A DNA stretch of 64,000 bases from the human T2T-CHM13v2.0 reference genome, Homo sapiens: assembly GCF_009914755.1 (NCBI RefSeq), contig NC_060938.1; one strand, written 5' to 3'. The translations under genes and the position numbers were made by a program. Shown one piece after another: positions 1 through 12,330 of this stretch. The notes under the pieces were generated by a model that searched no databases, had not been told where the DNA came from, and was given only the letters and a program-made list of their open reading frames with translations. Every line of letters begins with the position of its first letter. The first letter of the stretch is position 1.

Positions 1-19
1 CCAGGGGTGAGGCTTACCT

Positions 20-150
20 CTCTACTGACATTTATCAATGTGGGAAAATTACTTAAATTTTCTGATGTTCTGCTTCAAAATCTGAAAAGGGGTAGGGTTC
101 ATAATAATATTTGTCCCACCCAACTTCTTGGTTTTATTTGGTAACCAAAA
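20..150. mobile_element. degenerate MIR-like SINE fragment
   Basis: Weak similarity to MIR core (tgggaaaattacttaaattttctg...aaaatctgaaaagggg...taataata); by eye only. Confidence 0.35.
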
Positions 151-284
151 GAGAGAAATAAGTGAATTTTTGTTAAGTATAAACAGATTGTTATCTGATG
201 AAATCTCCTGATCTTGCTCCCTGTGTGCTTCCTAGCTCTTTGTCTTAATTTGGCAGTTTGGATATCCTTTTGGAGCATTTGCTT

Positions 285-425
285 GCTTCACATACCAAAA
301 TATAATCTCCATGAGGGTGGGGTTGTTTTCATCTGTTTTGCTCATCATTGTATCCTTGATAGCCGGAACAGTGCACAGTGCTTACTACACAATAAATACT
401 TAAATGAAATCATGAATCTGAATGG
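285..425 (+). mobile_element. L2 LINE 3' end fragment
   Basis: Typical L2 terminus pattern ctccatgaggg...tgtatcc...aacagtgc...aataaatactt..atgaat. Confidence 0.55.
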
Positions 426-1684
426 AGTATTAAATAAATGAAATTATGAAAAGTAAAAATAATATTTTGATACCTTGGGATGTCATTCTGATCCTCTTTT
501 TTAAACTACTGGAGCTCTTGCTCAAAATTAAACTTTGAATATTTAAAATGCTGCTGTTTGTACCTGGTGCAGTTTGCTGGTCTTTTCTTCCCCCAGTGTA
601 TCTTCTCCGTCTATTCTCAGTGTTTTTGGAAAGCCTGTCTCTTGAAAACACAGAGTGAGTCAGATACCCTTTGTATTGATCAGTTAACTTCTGAATGGCA
701 CTCTGTAAATTGAGTCAAAATACCTTTTGCATATCATTTTTCATTATGCTTTGCCAACTTTGCATCTTCTATCTATTTCATGTTTAGAATATATTTGGCT
801 GTGTCATTCTCTGCATATTTGTACATGAAATCCCCATTCCCAAAATGCTGTTTACCACCCTGCCCCTACTCCCTTGCCCTGGAAAACTCCTATTTTCTCT
901 CAATAGAGGTTAAATGTTATATCTTCGTAGAAGCATTCCTTATGAAATGGTAAGTGTTCCACTTGTGTGCCCCATCACTTTGTGGTCACCCCTTTATGAT
1001 TTGATGTCCTCTAGGAATAGAGATGGAGAGGGTCCAACAATGTGCTAGCAAAAAGAAGCAGAGGACAGCTACTGGAGCCATACAAGGAGGGAGGAGTGAA
1101 TCAAGAATACAATCTGGTCAAATCAGAGAAAGCTCCACATGTTGTAAGTGTACACATCCATATGGAGACAAAAGATAGCTGCTCCAGTTTATTGGTTCTT
1201 TTTTGAAAAGCTTTATGGTAAAAAGCCATTGAAGTTGATTACGGTAAAATTTGTCAGCCTAATGTTCTTTTATATTTGCCGAGTTTTGTATTTCTGCTTG
1301 AGATTACTTTTCTGGGATTATGTTGGTTTCAGCTCTTATGCTTAATTGTGGAATTTATTTTGCTATAAGGAATGAGATAGGTATCTAATTGTATACTTTT
1401 CCAAATGGGTAGCCTGTTGTCCTGATACACTTCATAGAATAAATCCTTTATCACTGCTTTGCTGGTAAATTGGTATCCTGTATTGTATTTTAAAGTTAAT
1501 TTGTTAGAGTCACCTTATTTTACTTGTAAATTTTTACAAGAAGCAGTGCATTTTGCAATATTCTTATTTTAAGAAAAGCTGCATAGTTATTTTATATTCA
1601 TTGAGTTAATTAGAGCTATATCAGTCAATTATATCAGGATTGGTGGGTAGAATTAACCTTTTTATAAGAAGCATAGAGTCTTAC

Positions 1685-2400
1685 CACCTGTTTTAATTTG
1701 GATTGCCCAAAAAGCAGACCCAGAGACAAGGATTTAGGTGGAGTTAGTTTTCTGGGGAAGCACAAAACAGGGCAGACTAATGAACAAGTTTTCTCTGTGT
1801 ACTACTGGAGTCATCCCTGTAGGCTTTCTGAGAAGTCATGTGAAACACACCTTTGATTAATATTCCATGGTTCAGGAGAAAGCTGTAAGGAAAAGAATAT
1901 CTGAGATATAAGCATGTGAAGTAGTAAACTCTCAGAGCATGAAGATTGTCTACTGTGGCTGCAAGTGAACTCAAGTGGGACAAGAAGATGGAGGGTGGGC
2001 TTTCAGCATCTACTGTACCCAGGTTCCTTAGAAAACATATGCTGAAGCAAGGAATAAATCTAAATGGTTTATTTGGAAAATACAATCCTAGGGAAATGAG
2101 AGTAAAAGTAAAGGTATTTAGGGCTGGAAAGTATGGTACAGCAGATTCTAGTGGTACCTGCCTGTATCCTCTTAGGCTGAACCTTGAGGTTGTCTGTAGT
2201 ACTGATGACAACTATGTACACTAATGGCATTCTACTTTATGGGGGTGAGCTCAGCCCATTGATGGAGCAGGCTGGAAGCAAGAAGGAGTTAACGCATGTG
2301 AAAGCAACTCTCAACTGATAAGAAATGTGTGAATGAGCATGACAGCTTCCCCAGTCCTCATGGAACTTCTCTGTGGTGTTGGGGCCCAAGTGAGGCTGTT
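1685..2400. mobile_element. old LTR fragments (MaLR/ERVL-type)
   Basis: aagcagacccagagacaaggattt..agtt..tctgggga and ggtttatttggaaaatacaatcctaggg motifs resemble MLT1J/LTR33-type LTR ends. Confidence 0.35.
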
Positions 2401-2559
2401 CATTTAGTATAACAGGAACTGGGTCTCTCTACTTTCCCCCCAAAGAAAACTTCAAAAAACTCTGTTCTTCACAAAGTCTTCTTTGTTCTTTGAGCACCTA
2501 TTGAAAAAGCTGACTGGAGACTGTCTCAGTCTATTCAATTCTCCCTGTGATCCTCCACT

Positions 2560-4161
2560 ATGGACTTTCTTTCAAACTGTGTCTTATTGTTATTAACCCT
2601 TACTGTTTTCATAACAGTTTAGGCACAGAACTGACATGACATCCCTTTGCATGAGTTTTCCAAACCGTGGCCACGTGAACTAAGCCATCTGATTGCTGGG
2701 TATATCAGCATCTAGATTATGCAAAATTATGTGAACTTATTTTTGTTCCTGCTGATGCAAGTGCCTGGTGGGTCAAATCCGGAGCACAGACGCATGACAA
2801 GGTATGGCTTCCATGAAAAGAAAACAACGTCACACTACTTCTCTTTCTGGTGAGTTGGACACCTGTATAGAAGGTTGAGGACTGTCATTTGTTTAGGTAA
2901 AGACATTAGAAAGGGATTTTTCCCTTTGTACTGAAAGCAGAGATGGTGCAGGACCTTTCATAGGTAACTTCCCAAGGCAGTAGTACAATCAAACCCTGTG
3001 ACTTGATGCCACAGACAACACATATAAGCCTCTCACAAAGGTCATAAATGGTCCTGACACTGAATCTTATGGTACAAACACTTGCCACATCACCACATGT
3101 TATGGATGGCCCAGAAGTCAGCCCTGTGCAACTTGGATTTGCTCACTTGCTCCTCTCATTAGACTGATAGGCACCAAAGATTACATGGTGATAGCATGGT
3201 GAGTATTCAAAAAATGTGGAATAACTTGGCCAGGTGACAAAATCAAGTCCTATAGCTGCCAAAACCAAACTAAATTGATATTCTGCAATCTATTCTACTC
3301 CTTCGGATTGACAGGGGCACATATAGATACACAGATGCCAATATGACGGAAGACAAAGCACAACAAACCCCAATCTGTAGGGTCACGAGTTTCACTCTAA
3401 CGTTATTTGTGAACCACACTGGTCTTTTTATCTTGTGTGGTGACAAGGTCTATGAAGGGTTCCCACCTACATGGTCAGAATGATGGGGACTCAGATACCT
3501 AACACTTTGCCACCAGGTACTCCTCCTTCAATGCCAGCCAAATTATAAACTTGGGCTCCTTCGTTTATAAAGTAGTGATACACAAGCGTACTAAATGAGA
3601 TTTTATAGAAAATCCACTTATATGTCACAATTCTAAGTTCCTTTCCATGCTGAGATCCATTTTCCCAGGCTTTGGAACTTATGAGAGGGAAAGGGCAATT
3701 CTCAATGTTTCCATAGTAATAGAACAGGAGTCAGTATTACTATGCAAGCACTGAGAAGACTCCAATCAGAAGTGAACAGTTTAGCCTCTGTTGTACTTCA
3801 GAATCACCATGTCCTGGATACAATGACAGCCCAAGAAGGAGGAGCTTATGCAATCATTGGTGAGGAACCCTGCTTATGTGTAAATCACTAGGGACAGACA
3901 GAATCTAATCTGAACTTTTTGAAAGACAAAATAAACACTCTTCATCTTATAAATGAGGCTAAACCATTCAATTGGACTGACCCATTGCCAGTGATAGGAG
4001 ATTGGTTGAATGCAGTATGGGTAAATGTGTTTAGATTTGTTCTTTTCTGCTTATTAATTCTCCTTCTAATCTGTGTTCTTCTCTCCCTTTGCAGACCCCT
4101 TGCCACTCAGCTACTAACACAACTCTTCTCTCCACAAACACTAACTCAGCTTTTAATTTGA
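2560..4161 (+). pseudogene. decayed gammaretrovirus-type (ERV1) env gene
   Basis: Furin site HKRTK(R>stop) at ~3581-3598; immunosuppressive-domain peptide LASVVLQNHHVLDTMTAQEGG at 3781-3843; ORF 3919-4161 gives a hydrophobic TM anchor; DCWV motif near 2691; multiple stops and frameshifts. Confidence 0.8.
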
Positions 4162-4191
4162 AACTGTTAGGGAAGTTTCAGACAGGGAAAA

Positions 4192-4632
4192 TAAAGGAGT
4201 TAAAAGTTTGCTGCTCTAAAATATGCCAAATTAGTATATGATTACTTCAAAGCTCAAAGCACTTTGGAAACTGTATTTCCAGAAGTGACTATCTGACCTG
4301 CCTTTTCCCACATATAGCAAGCCATAAAAATTCCATGGAGAAAGATGCCTTCCCTGTACCAGGACAAGAAAATAACCCTATCCCCAAAGATTGGAAATTG
4401 TTGCTTCAGTAGACCTGTACAAATAAAGTAACTCTTATCTCTCCCTAGCTTTATAACTCCTCCTCCCTACCAATATATCTCCTAGTGACTTCCCTGGAAT
4501 TCACTGTCCCTAGCTTAGATCCTTTTGTCATTTCTTCACAAATGTATTGTTCTTTTTCTAAAGGTAAAAAAGCTTTCTGCTTTAGCCATTATTTTGGGTC
4601 TTCACACTCTTGAGAGGATATCTATATATATG
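4192..4632 (+). mobile_element. ERV1 3' LTR, MER34-like, truncated at 3' end
   Basis: Follows env and a purine tract (gacagggaaaa); begins taaaggagttaaaag...aaaatatgcca...attacttcaaagct, as recalled for MER34-family LTR starts. Confidence 0.55.
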
Positions 4633-4634
4633 AG

Positions 4635-5680
4635 TTCTTCAAGGGGCACACAAACAAGTGGCCATGGTGGCAGAGATACAGGTACATTGGGCTCAATAGC
4701 ATGGACTCCCACTTGCCAAGAGAATTAATCAAGACACTTCTGCCATGAATGTCCAACTTGCCAGTGACACAGATCAAGGCTGAGTTTCTGGGAAGGTACT
4801 ACTCTTCGAGGAAACCAAAGAGCAAATTAGTGAGACATTAACTCCTTTGTGCACCTTTTATCCTGGGAGGGCCAGAGATTAGTTCACACAAGAAAATATA
4901 TATATTCTAGTTATGATATTGTCTGCAGAACTTGAGCCAGCACCACTACTGGGGGTATATGGATTGTGGGATCTTTAAGCATGGAATCTCATGCAACTTG
5001 GCATATGAATAGAGGATTCATTCATTCTTTAGTGTATGAGGTGCAAGAATGGCATGTAGCAATGAATTATATTGTTTGTATCATATATCAAATATTTAGT
5101 AGCATCTATTCTAGACTGCTTAGAATGGCCTGCAGAAGGCAGGGCCAGAGTGCCAGCTCAGAAACAATATTCTGAAAGAATAGAATTGAGTGCCAGCCTT
5201 CACAATGCATTGTGTATATTTAGTCAGAGATTCCTACATGGTGTTGTATACGCAATAGAAAGAATATATGGGGCCCAGAACCAAGGAAGAGAAGCTGGGT
5301 GGCCTCACTTATCATCACACTTGATGATCCACTGATCTGCTTCCCTCCCTGCAACTATCTGTTCTCTAGGCAGGTCTTGGTCCACAAAGAGAATGCATCT
5401 TTGCCAGGGGACCCAGTATAAGTTCCATAGACCTGCAAGCTGCCCTCAGGGCATCTGGGACATCTTCTGTTCAAGGACAAGCAGGTAAAAAGAAGAGTCA
5501 TTTTGGCAGGAGTAATTGACCCTGGATAGCAGGGGGAGGTAAGGCTGCTGAGCCCCAGTAGAGGCATGGAGGATTATATGAAGAAACTAGAGGATTCACT
5601 TGGGAGCCACTTGGAACCACCCAACACAATCGTAACTGTGAATGGATATGTGCAGCAGTGTTAACCTCCTGAGATGAAGA
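4635..5680 (+). mobile_element. ERVL-type internal remnant (integrase region)
   Basis: agtggccatggtggcagagat and gaatgtccaacttgccag (integrase HHCC region); ggagtaattgaccctg 3' internal motif; homologous to 57900-58800. Confidence 0.65.
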
Positions 5681-5769
5681 TGCAAAAGATTTAAAACAAA
5701 CATTACAGCAAGGGCTCTGGGTCCTCCCTGACTCCCACTTTTGTCCTTTTTCTTTTTCCTTCTTCTCTT

Positions 5770-5999
<230 letters not shown>

Positions 6000-6334
6000 T
6001 AAAGACAGTTCTCAGAATTATTGTTCTGTTGGTTATTAGACTCCAAAGAAGGGACAAGGAAATACGAATAGTCTCCATCTACGAGTTTTGGTTAAGGTGA
6101 ACACTGATGGTAAAATTGAAAGGACAAGGACAGCTACCCAAAACATTCCCATCTTGTAAAAACCTTGACACTGCTTCACTTGTGACATCACCTGGTCTTC
6201 AGGTACTCCCTCATGTAGTTCAATTGAATAATGCCTTTAACCTCTGTCTGAGTCACTTAAAAAAAACTGGTCTCAAGTGATATATATATATATCCTTGGG
6301 TGGAGAGATAAGCCCTGCTCTTGGTCTCTGATTC

Positions 6335-6490
6335 TTTTCTTTTTTTCCCTCATTTAAATTTTTATTCTTGATTTCCAACTTTTATTTTAAGGTCAGTGTT
6401 ACATGTGCAGGATAGGACATGCAGGTTCATTACATAGGTAAACACTGTCACGGTGGTTTGCCACACAGATCATCCCATCACCTGACTTTC
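6335..6490 (-). mobile_element. L1 3' end fragment
   Basis: T-rich tail then ttacatgtgcagg...ttacataggtaaac...ggtggtttg..cacagatcatcccatcacc (reverse complement of an L1P 3' UTR). Confidence 0.75.
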
Positions 6491-7174
6491 TTTCAGAGCA
6501 TGGTGGTTGCATGCTTTGACTTTTTTCTAGGTACCCTTTTGTCAGACTGAAGTCAGCATTTTCCTTCCATCTTTCAGAGTTCTTTAGATGTGCAGAGAGT
6601 TTAGGCAACTTTCCTAAGGTGGGACAAGACTCTTCTATTATCTCAAATTTCTTCTACTACGGAAACTCCTATTCAACCCAAACACCTGGCCAGATCTGTG
6701 TAGACATATGGTCTGGTGCAATGTTGATAGATCTGTTAAATTCTTAAGTGGTGTGATTTCATCAGGTATAAATTTGAAATGCACTGCCTTTGGTTACTTG
6801 GGACATGTCAAACTTGTGCATTTTTGTGTCACCTTAGAAGAAAAGGGTAGCAGAATAGCTGACACTCCACGAATAACTTACTTTAATTGGTATGAAGAAA
6901 CCAAGAAAAGAAATATTTTGAACAGTCTCTAGTCTTGAGTCCTGTTTCCAACAACTTCAATGGTCTTCTTTTCCCAAAAGACTCCTCCCTTCTACCTCAG
7001 TTTATGCCTCTGATTCTCACCTCCCTTCTATCCTGATCCCTATCTTCTTAAAGTCCCCCTTGCTTCTTTTCTTCCACATCTCCAGCTCCCTCTTATTATT
7101 TGACCTGGAACATCACCTCTTGTTGGATATGATAAGCCTTAAAAACAAGGGAGAAGTTTTTAAAACACACCCAG

Positions 7175-7203
<29 letters not shown>
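7175..7203. repeat. (CA)n microsatellite
   Basis: Directly visible run of about 14 units. Confidence 0.95.
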
Positions 7204-7204
<1 letters not shown>

Positions 7205-7205
<1 letters not shown>

Positions 7206-7747
7206 GTGTCACTCTTTCACTCAGCTGGAGTGCAGTGGTAGGATCATGACTCACTGTAACCTCCAGCTCCTGGTCTCAAGTGATCCTCCTGCCTCAGCCT
7301 CCCAAGAAGCTGGATCTATAGAGATACACTATCACACCTGGCTGATTTTTAAATTTTTTTTAGAGACAGGGTCTTGCTATCTTGCCCAGGTTGGTCTTGA
7401 ACCCCTGGCCTCAAGTGATCTTCCTGCCTCAGCCTCCTGAGTAGCTAGGACCACAGGCACATGCCACCATGCCTAGCCAATTTCTTTATATTTTGTGTTG
7501 ACAAGGTCTCACTATGTTGCCCAGGCTGGTCTCAAACTGATCCTCCCTCCTCAGACTCCTGAATTGCTATGACTGCAGGTGTATGCCACCATGCCTGGGT
7601 ATTTTTTTTTTTATTTTTTTGATAGTTTATAGAGATAGAGTCTCACAAGGATGCCCAGGTTGGTCTCAAACTCCTGGCCTCGAGGAATCCTCCCACCTCA
7701 GGCCCCCAAATTGCTGGGATTATAGCCATGAGTCACTGTGCCCGACC
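7205..7747 (-). mobile_element. AluJ-like multimer (four arms in tandem)
   Basis: One right-arm-type segment plus three left-arm-type segments separated by T-rich linkers. Confidence 0.8.
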
Positions 7748-8385
7748 TTAGTGCACTATTTCTGAAGTGATTCTTCCTGTTTCCCTTTAGGTAAGATTTT
7801 GTGTCTGTACATTTATCAGACTGTCAGTTCCATCCTGCAATTTATAGATAGGCTGGGCTTAGGCAATTCCTGGAGATTTAAAATATGATGTCCCATACCT
7901 TTAATTTCCAGAGAAATTGAGAAGTGATTTATCAGTGAATAATGACCCTTTCTGTAATAGTTTAACGGTAAAGACAAAAAGCCAGAGAAATTACATATGG
8001 GATTCCCCAGGCTTAACACAATGTAGAAATACTGAGAATAATGAAAATGATAGCAGACAGCATGTACCAAGTGCCGAAAATGTTTCAGGCTTTTCTAAGT
8101 GCTTTCTTTTGATTGTCACAATGCTTTGGAAAAGTACATTTCAACTGGGAATGTAAAATGTGGACCTTGAAACTCTGAAATATTAAGACTTTGCCTATAA
8201 TCACACAATCAGCAGTTGGTAGAACCACTGTTGAAATTCAAGGTGCTTATGACACAAAAGATTTTTAAAATCTATCCTACCATATAAGTGCCAAAGTAGC
8301 CTTTTATGTTTATTTGTTTAACACTAACAATAAAATGGACAAATAGCAAACATCTCAAATGTAACCAATTAGAAAAAGACCTTAA

Positions 8386-8689
8386 GGCTGGGTGCGGTGG
8401 CTAACGCCTGTAATCCCAGCACTTTGGGAGGCCCAGGCAGGGGAATCACTTGAGGCCAGGAGTTTGAGACCAATCTGGCCAACATGGTGAAACCCTCTCT
8501 CTCCTAAAAATACAAAAATTAGTCAGGCGTGGTGGTGTGTGCCTGTAATCCCAGCTACTCAGGAGATTGAAGCAGGAGAATTGCTTGAACTCAGGAGGCA
8601 GAGGTTGCAGTGAGCCAAGATTGCACCACTGCATTCCAGCCTGGCAGCCTGGGCGCCAGAGTGAGACCCTGTCTCAAAAAATAAGAAAA
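8386..8689 (+). mobile_element. AluS-like element with 15-bp TSD
   Basis: ggctgggtgcggtggct start, A tail; TSD agaaaaagaccttaa at 8371-8385 and 8690-8704. Confidence 0.95.
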
Positions 8690-8919
8690 AGAAAAAGACC
8701 TTAAGAGTGTTAAAGCAAAGCAAATGTATATTAGTGCAAACAGGATTTGCCACAGGGGTATCTAGAAAACATTAGACCCCAAATCTTACATGAGTACAAG
8801 TCCTCTTGTTAGTGAATCTAGGAGTTGCTGCCATCATCTATAGAAGTATTGAGAATGTGACCAGACATGAAATGTTAAGTAAATTTAAACACACAGACCT
8901 TTTTAAATTGCCAAGTGAT

Positions 8920-8925
8920 TTTATT
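8920..8925 (-). terminator. candidate poly(A) signal of the ADAM pseudogene
   Basis: tttatt on + = AATAAA on -, about 120 nt after the TAG at 9046-9048. Confidence 0.6.
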
Positions 8926-9045
8926 TCAAGATGACATCAGAATTGCTAAAAGATGATGTAATTGTCAGAGTGACTATTGATTATATCTCCCAGTAAGTGT
9001 CAATGTAATTTACTCCATTGTGTGGGCTCTTTTCCTTTCTCTTCC

Positions 9046-11240
9046 CTAACATTGTATTGCTTGTGAAAAGCCACCAAAGAGAAGCGAAACCACAAAAAGG
9101 ATGTAACGAATACATATTAAAACTAGTGCTCGGTTTGTATTTACAAGTATGCTGCCTGCAATACGATATTGTTTGTCAGGTAGAGGGCCACTATCTATAC
9201 TACCTCCTTTTCCTCTCAGTTCACATGTTGGTGGTTGCCACTCATGCAGACAATGACAATGTTTTTTGTTGTTACATACTCCTTTGTAATTGCATGTTTT
9301 AAGATCACACTCAAAATGCAGGTCTTGATAAAAAGTACAATTGCGTTTAAGACAGTAGCTCCCTGGGCCACAGGTTGCACCATCCACTACCAGCCCCATT
9401 TCTGGCAAGTCTGTCCCCTGGTGTGCTTCATAGCCAAAGCATTTTTCTTCTTTTATGTCGTGTACTAATATATTACAAAATGTAGTGTGCTCACCTCCAC
9501 CGGGAATGTGGCTGACACCGCTACAGTGCAACATTCCACAAAAAACATCATCTTCTTCACATGGAAAAGGTCTACTTCCCCCTCGCCGTAGAATAACCCC
9601 ACAGTTTCCAAATCGGTTACCAATCCTATTCAATTTTCGATAGCACGCTGGGGAACCGTCTTTCACTTGGTAGCCAAAAAGGGCTTGACACTGCATATCA
9701 CGGTCACTGCAGTTTCCTCTTATACAAACAGATACTGCTGAACATGGGGTTCCATCCTGGATGTAGATGTCATTTGGACACTCTTCCTTTTTCCCATCAC
9801 AGTATTCCGGTAGATCACATATACCACCCAAGTCTCTGCAAACCACTCCAGGGGCAGCATATTTACACTTATGGCAGCAAAGTCCTGTATTGCAAACACT
9901 GCCAAGAGAAAGGGTACAAGAGGTCTCACAACATCTATCACTGGCACAATCTTTAAGGGAGCCACAGTCACATTCTTCCCTCTGATTTTTGATCTTGTCT
10001 CCACAACGAGGAGCTACGTATGGAAAATTAGTGTATGGAACATTTGGAGCACTCAAACAAGGATCCCATTGATTAAACTTGCGTTGAATTATCTCATAAG
10101 AACAATTGCTCATCATATCATTAAGATCAGGAACAGGGTCATGAGACAGTTGGTTCGTCGAAAACAATAACAACCAACAGAATCATGTCTCAAGCCCATG
10201 TTATGACCTAGTGCATGTGCTGTAACACATGCCCCCCTAAATAGGTGATACCTCATTATATACACAAACATTGCTCCCCAGTTGGGGGTGCATATTCCAT
10301 CAAAGCTGGCATAACACTCACTGTTTCCAAGTCGATTTGATGTAAAAACAACTGAGGTATCATGTGAAATTTCTGAATACAAATTGTGATATTTCCACAC
10401 ACCAAACAGTTCTACAGCAACGTGGCCTGGCCTGCTAGCAGAAAATAGTACTGCATCCTTTTGATTCCATATGCACAAAACACATATATAGACATTTAAA
10501 TAAACTGGTTTGAAAATGGTATGTATGATGCTGTTAATAATCACTACATTCTCTATTATATGTGACACATTAGGGTTCCGCATGAATAATCCACGAGTAA
10601 CCGTGTAGTGAATTTTCAAGTTTTTTCTATGATGCCTCCACAAATAAACGTGGCCTGCTCTGGGAGTTTCAGCCAGTTTTACCTTTTCAGATTCTTGATC
10701 TATCTCTTCCCCTTCAGTCTTACATCTACTAGCCTCTCCTGGTCTTTCTTCTGACACAAGCAGAGATACTACATGCTCAAATTTGGAAGAAGCCTCCAGG
10801 GGTTTGATTTCGTAAGTCAAGTCATCCACCTGCAGCATGCCATGCAGACCTCCACGGCAGGTGTCCAATGTGGCCGCAGACCCAGGAACCCCTTCCAGGT
10901 AGCAGTCATAGTAACAGTCTCGTGGGACAAAAGGGTAGTTCTCCTGCATGGCCCCTTGGTCATTATCAGTAAAAACAGGTAAATGTCTGGGCATCATGTT
11001 CTTCTTGAGCTTCATGTGAATCACGTGTCTTTGGCCCCGGAAACGCATGCTGTAAGAGAGCTGGTCTGGCATCTCAACTCCACCCCTCTTGTGGGGCACT
11101 TTCCTGGGGATCACAATTTCTGAGGAAGTGAAGCGCCATCCTGGTGGGTCATGAAAACAATAGACCTGGGACAAGAGTGCCCAGAGGACAGGCAGCCAGA
11201 GAGCACCTGTCAAGGGGTCCTGGACCCAGGCAGGTCCCAT
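9046..11240 (-). pseudogene. ADAM20P1: intronless ADAM4/ADAM6-like disintegrin-metalloproteinase pseudogene, one frameshift
   Basis: ORF 11240-10113: signal peptide, prodomain (RFTSSEIVIPRKV, DCYY..YLEG), metalloprotease-like domain with [15 protein letters not shown] 10173-9046: disintegrin ([15 protein letters not shown]), Cys-rich, EGF (CNNKKHCHC), [10 protein letters not shown]. Frames join by adding one G at 10136-10138. Symbol inferred from position next to ADAM20. Confidence 0.85.
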
Positions 11241-11789
11241 GAATAAGGAAGCCTTTGACCAAAGAAAATGCAGTCAAATGGGAGGCAGAAAGAGGATTCC
11301 TCAGTCTTCAGCCTTCTCCTCAGGGCAGTTTTGAGGAAGGCAGAGTGAGTCTGCAGGCTTGGCACCCCCTGATAGGCGAGGGGTAAGGGTTAGGCTATTA
11401 CATAACAATGGTGTGCTCATCAGGGGAGGCTGTTTTCAGTGAGCTGGAGACGTAGGCCAGGGGGCAAAGGAAGAGAAAAAAATGGCAGGAATTGAGAAAA
11501 GCAGTGTATAACTGAGCTGAAATGTCGCTTGTCCTCTAAGGGAAGTCATAAGTGGGGTTTGATGAGTAAGTGGGTTTGATGCAAGTTTACGACACTTAAG
11601 GACATTTTTCTCAAGCCTAAATGAGGGAAGGATTCAACATGTAATTAAAAGAGGGAAGCATATACAATGATAAGGAAAGTAGAAACTTCTTAAAAGAATT
11701 TTGAGGATAGACTTAGAGGTTATAGAAATCAAATGGAGCTGAGGGTAATGGATGAACTGGAGAGTAAAATGTCATGAGAAAAATTAGGG

Positions 11790-12330
11790 TGTGTAACTAT
11801 AATTTCTTATCAAGTTAAACATATACCTACGCTTTGATCCAGCAATTTCAGTCCTAGGAACTTACCACATAGTCTTGTCTATGAATGTTCATAGCAGTAT
11901 TATTCATAAATGTATTCTACAATCTGGAAACCAAGAACCAGTCCTTGATAGGTGAATGGATAAACAAACTGATATATTCATTCATTGAAATACTCCTCTG
12001 TTATAACATGAACAAACTTCTGAAACATGCAAGATCATGGTTGAATTTCAAAGAAATTATGAGACAAAGAAGCCAGACCAAATGGAGTAGATTATGTTTT
12101 AATTTGTATGAAGTTCTAGGATACTTCATATTAATCTATGGAAATAGAAATGTAATTATTAGTTTCTAGATGTGTGAGCAGGGGAATGGGGCATAAAAGG
12201 ACCTTTCTGGAAAAAGGTAAAGTATCAGTCAAATATCTTGATTGCAATGGTGATTTCAAATAAAAGCTAATCAAGCTGCACCCTTAAAATCTGTGTATTT
12301 TATCATAAGCTAAGTACACCTCAAGAGTTA
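11790..12330 (+). mobile_element. old L1M (L1ME-like) 3' fragment
   Basis: tttgatccagcaatttcagtcctagg...aatgttcatagcagtattattcata...ggtgaatggataaacaaact. Confidence 0.65.

Noticed and set aside
1-450. Possible 3' UTR of the upstream ADAM21 gene (AATAAA at ~391 and ~433)
   Set aside because: No ADAM21 coding sequence is in the window and the signals lie in or next to an L2 end; not supportable from this sequence.
10113-10173. Programmed -1 ribosomal frameshift joining the two ADAM ORFs
   Set aside because: No X XXY YYZ slippery heptamer in the overlap; a 1-bp deletion in a C run is simpler.
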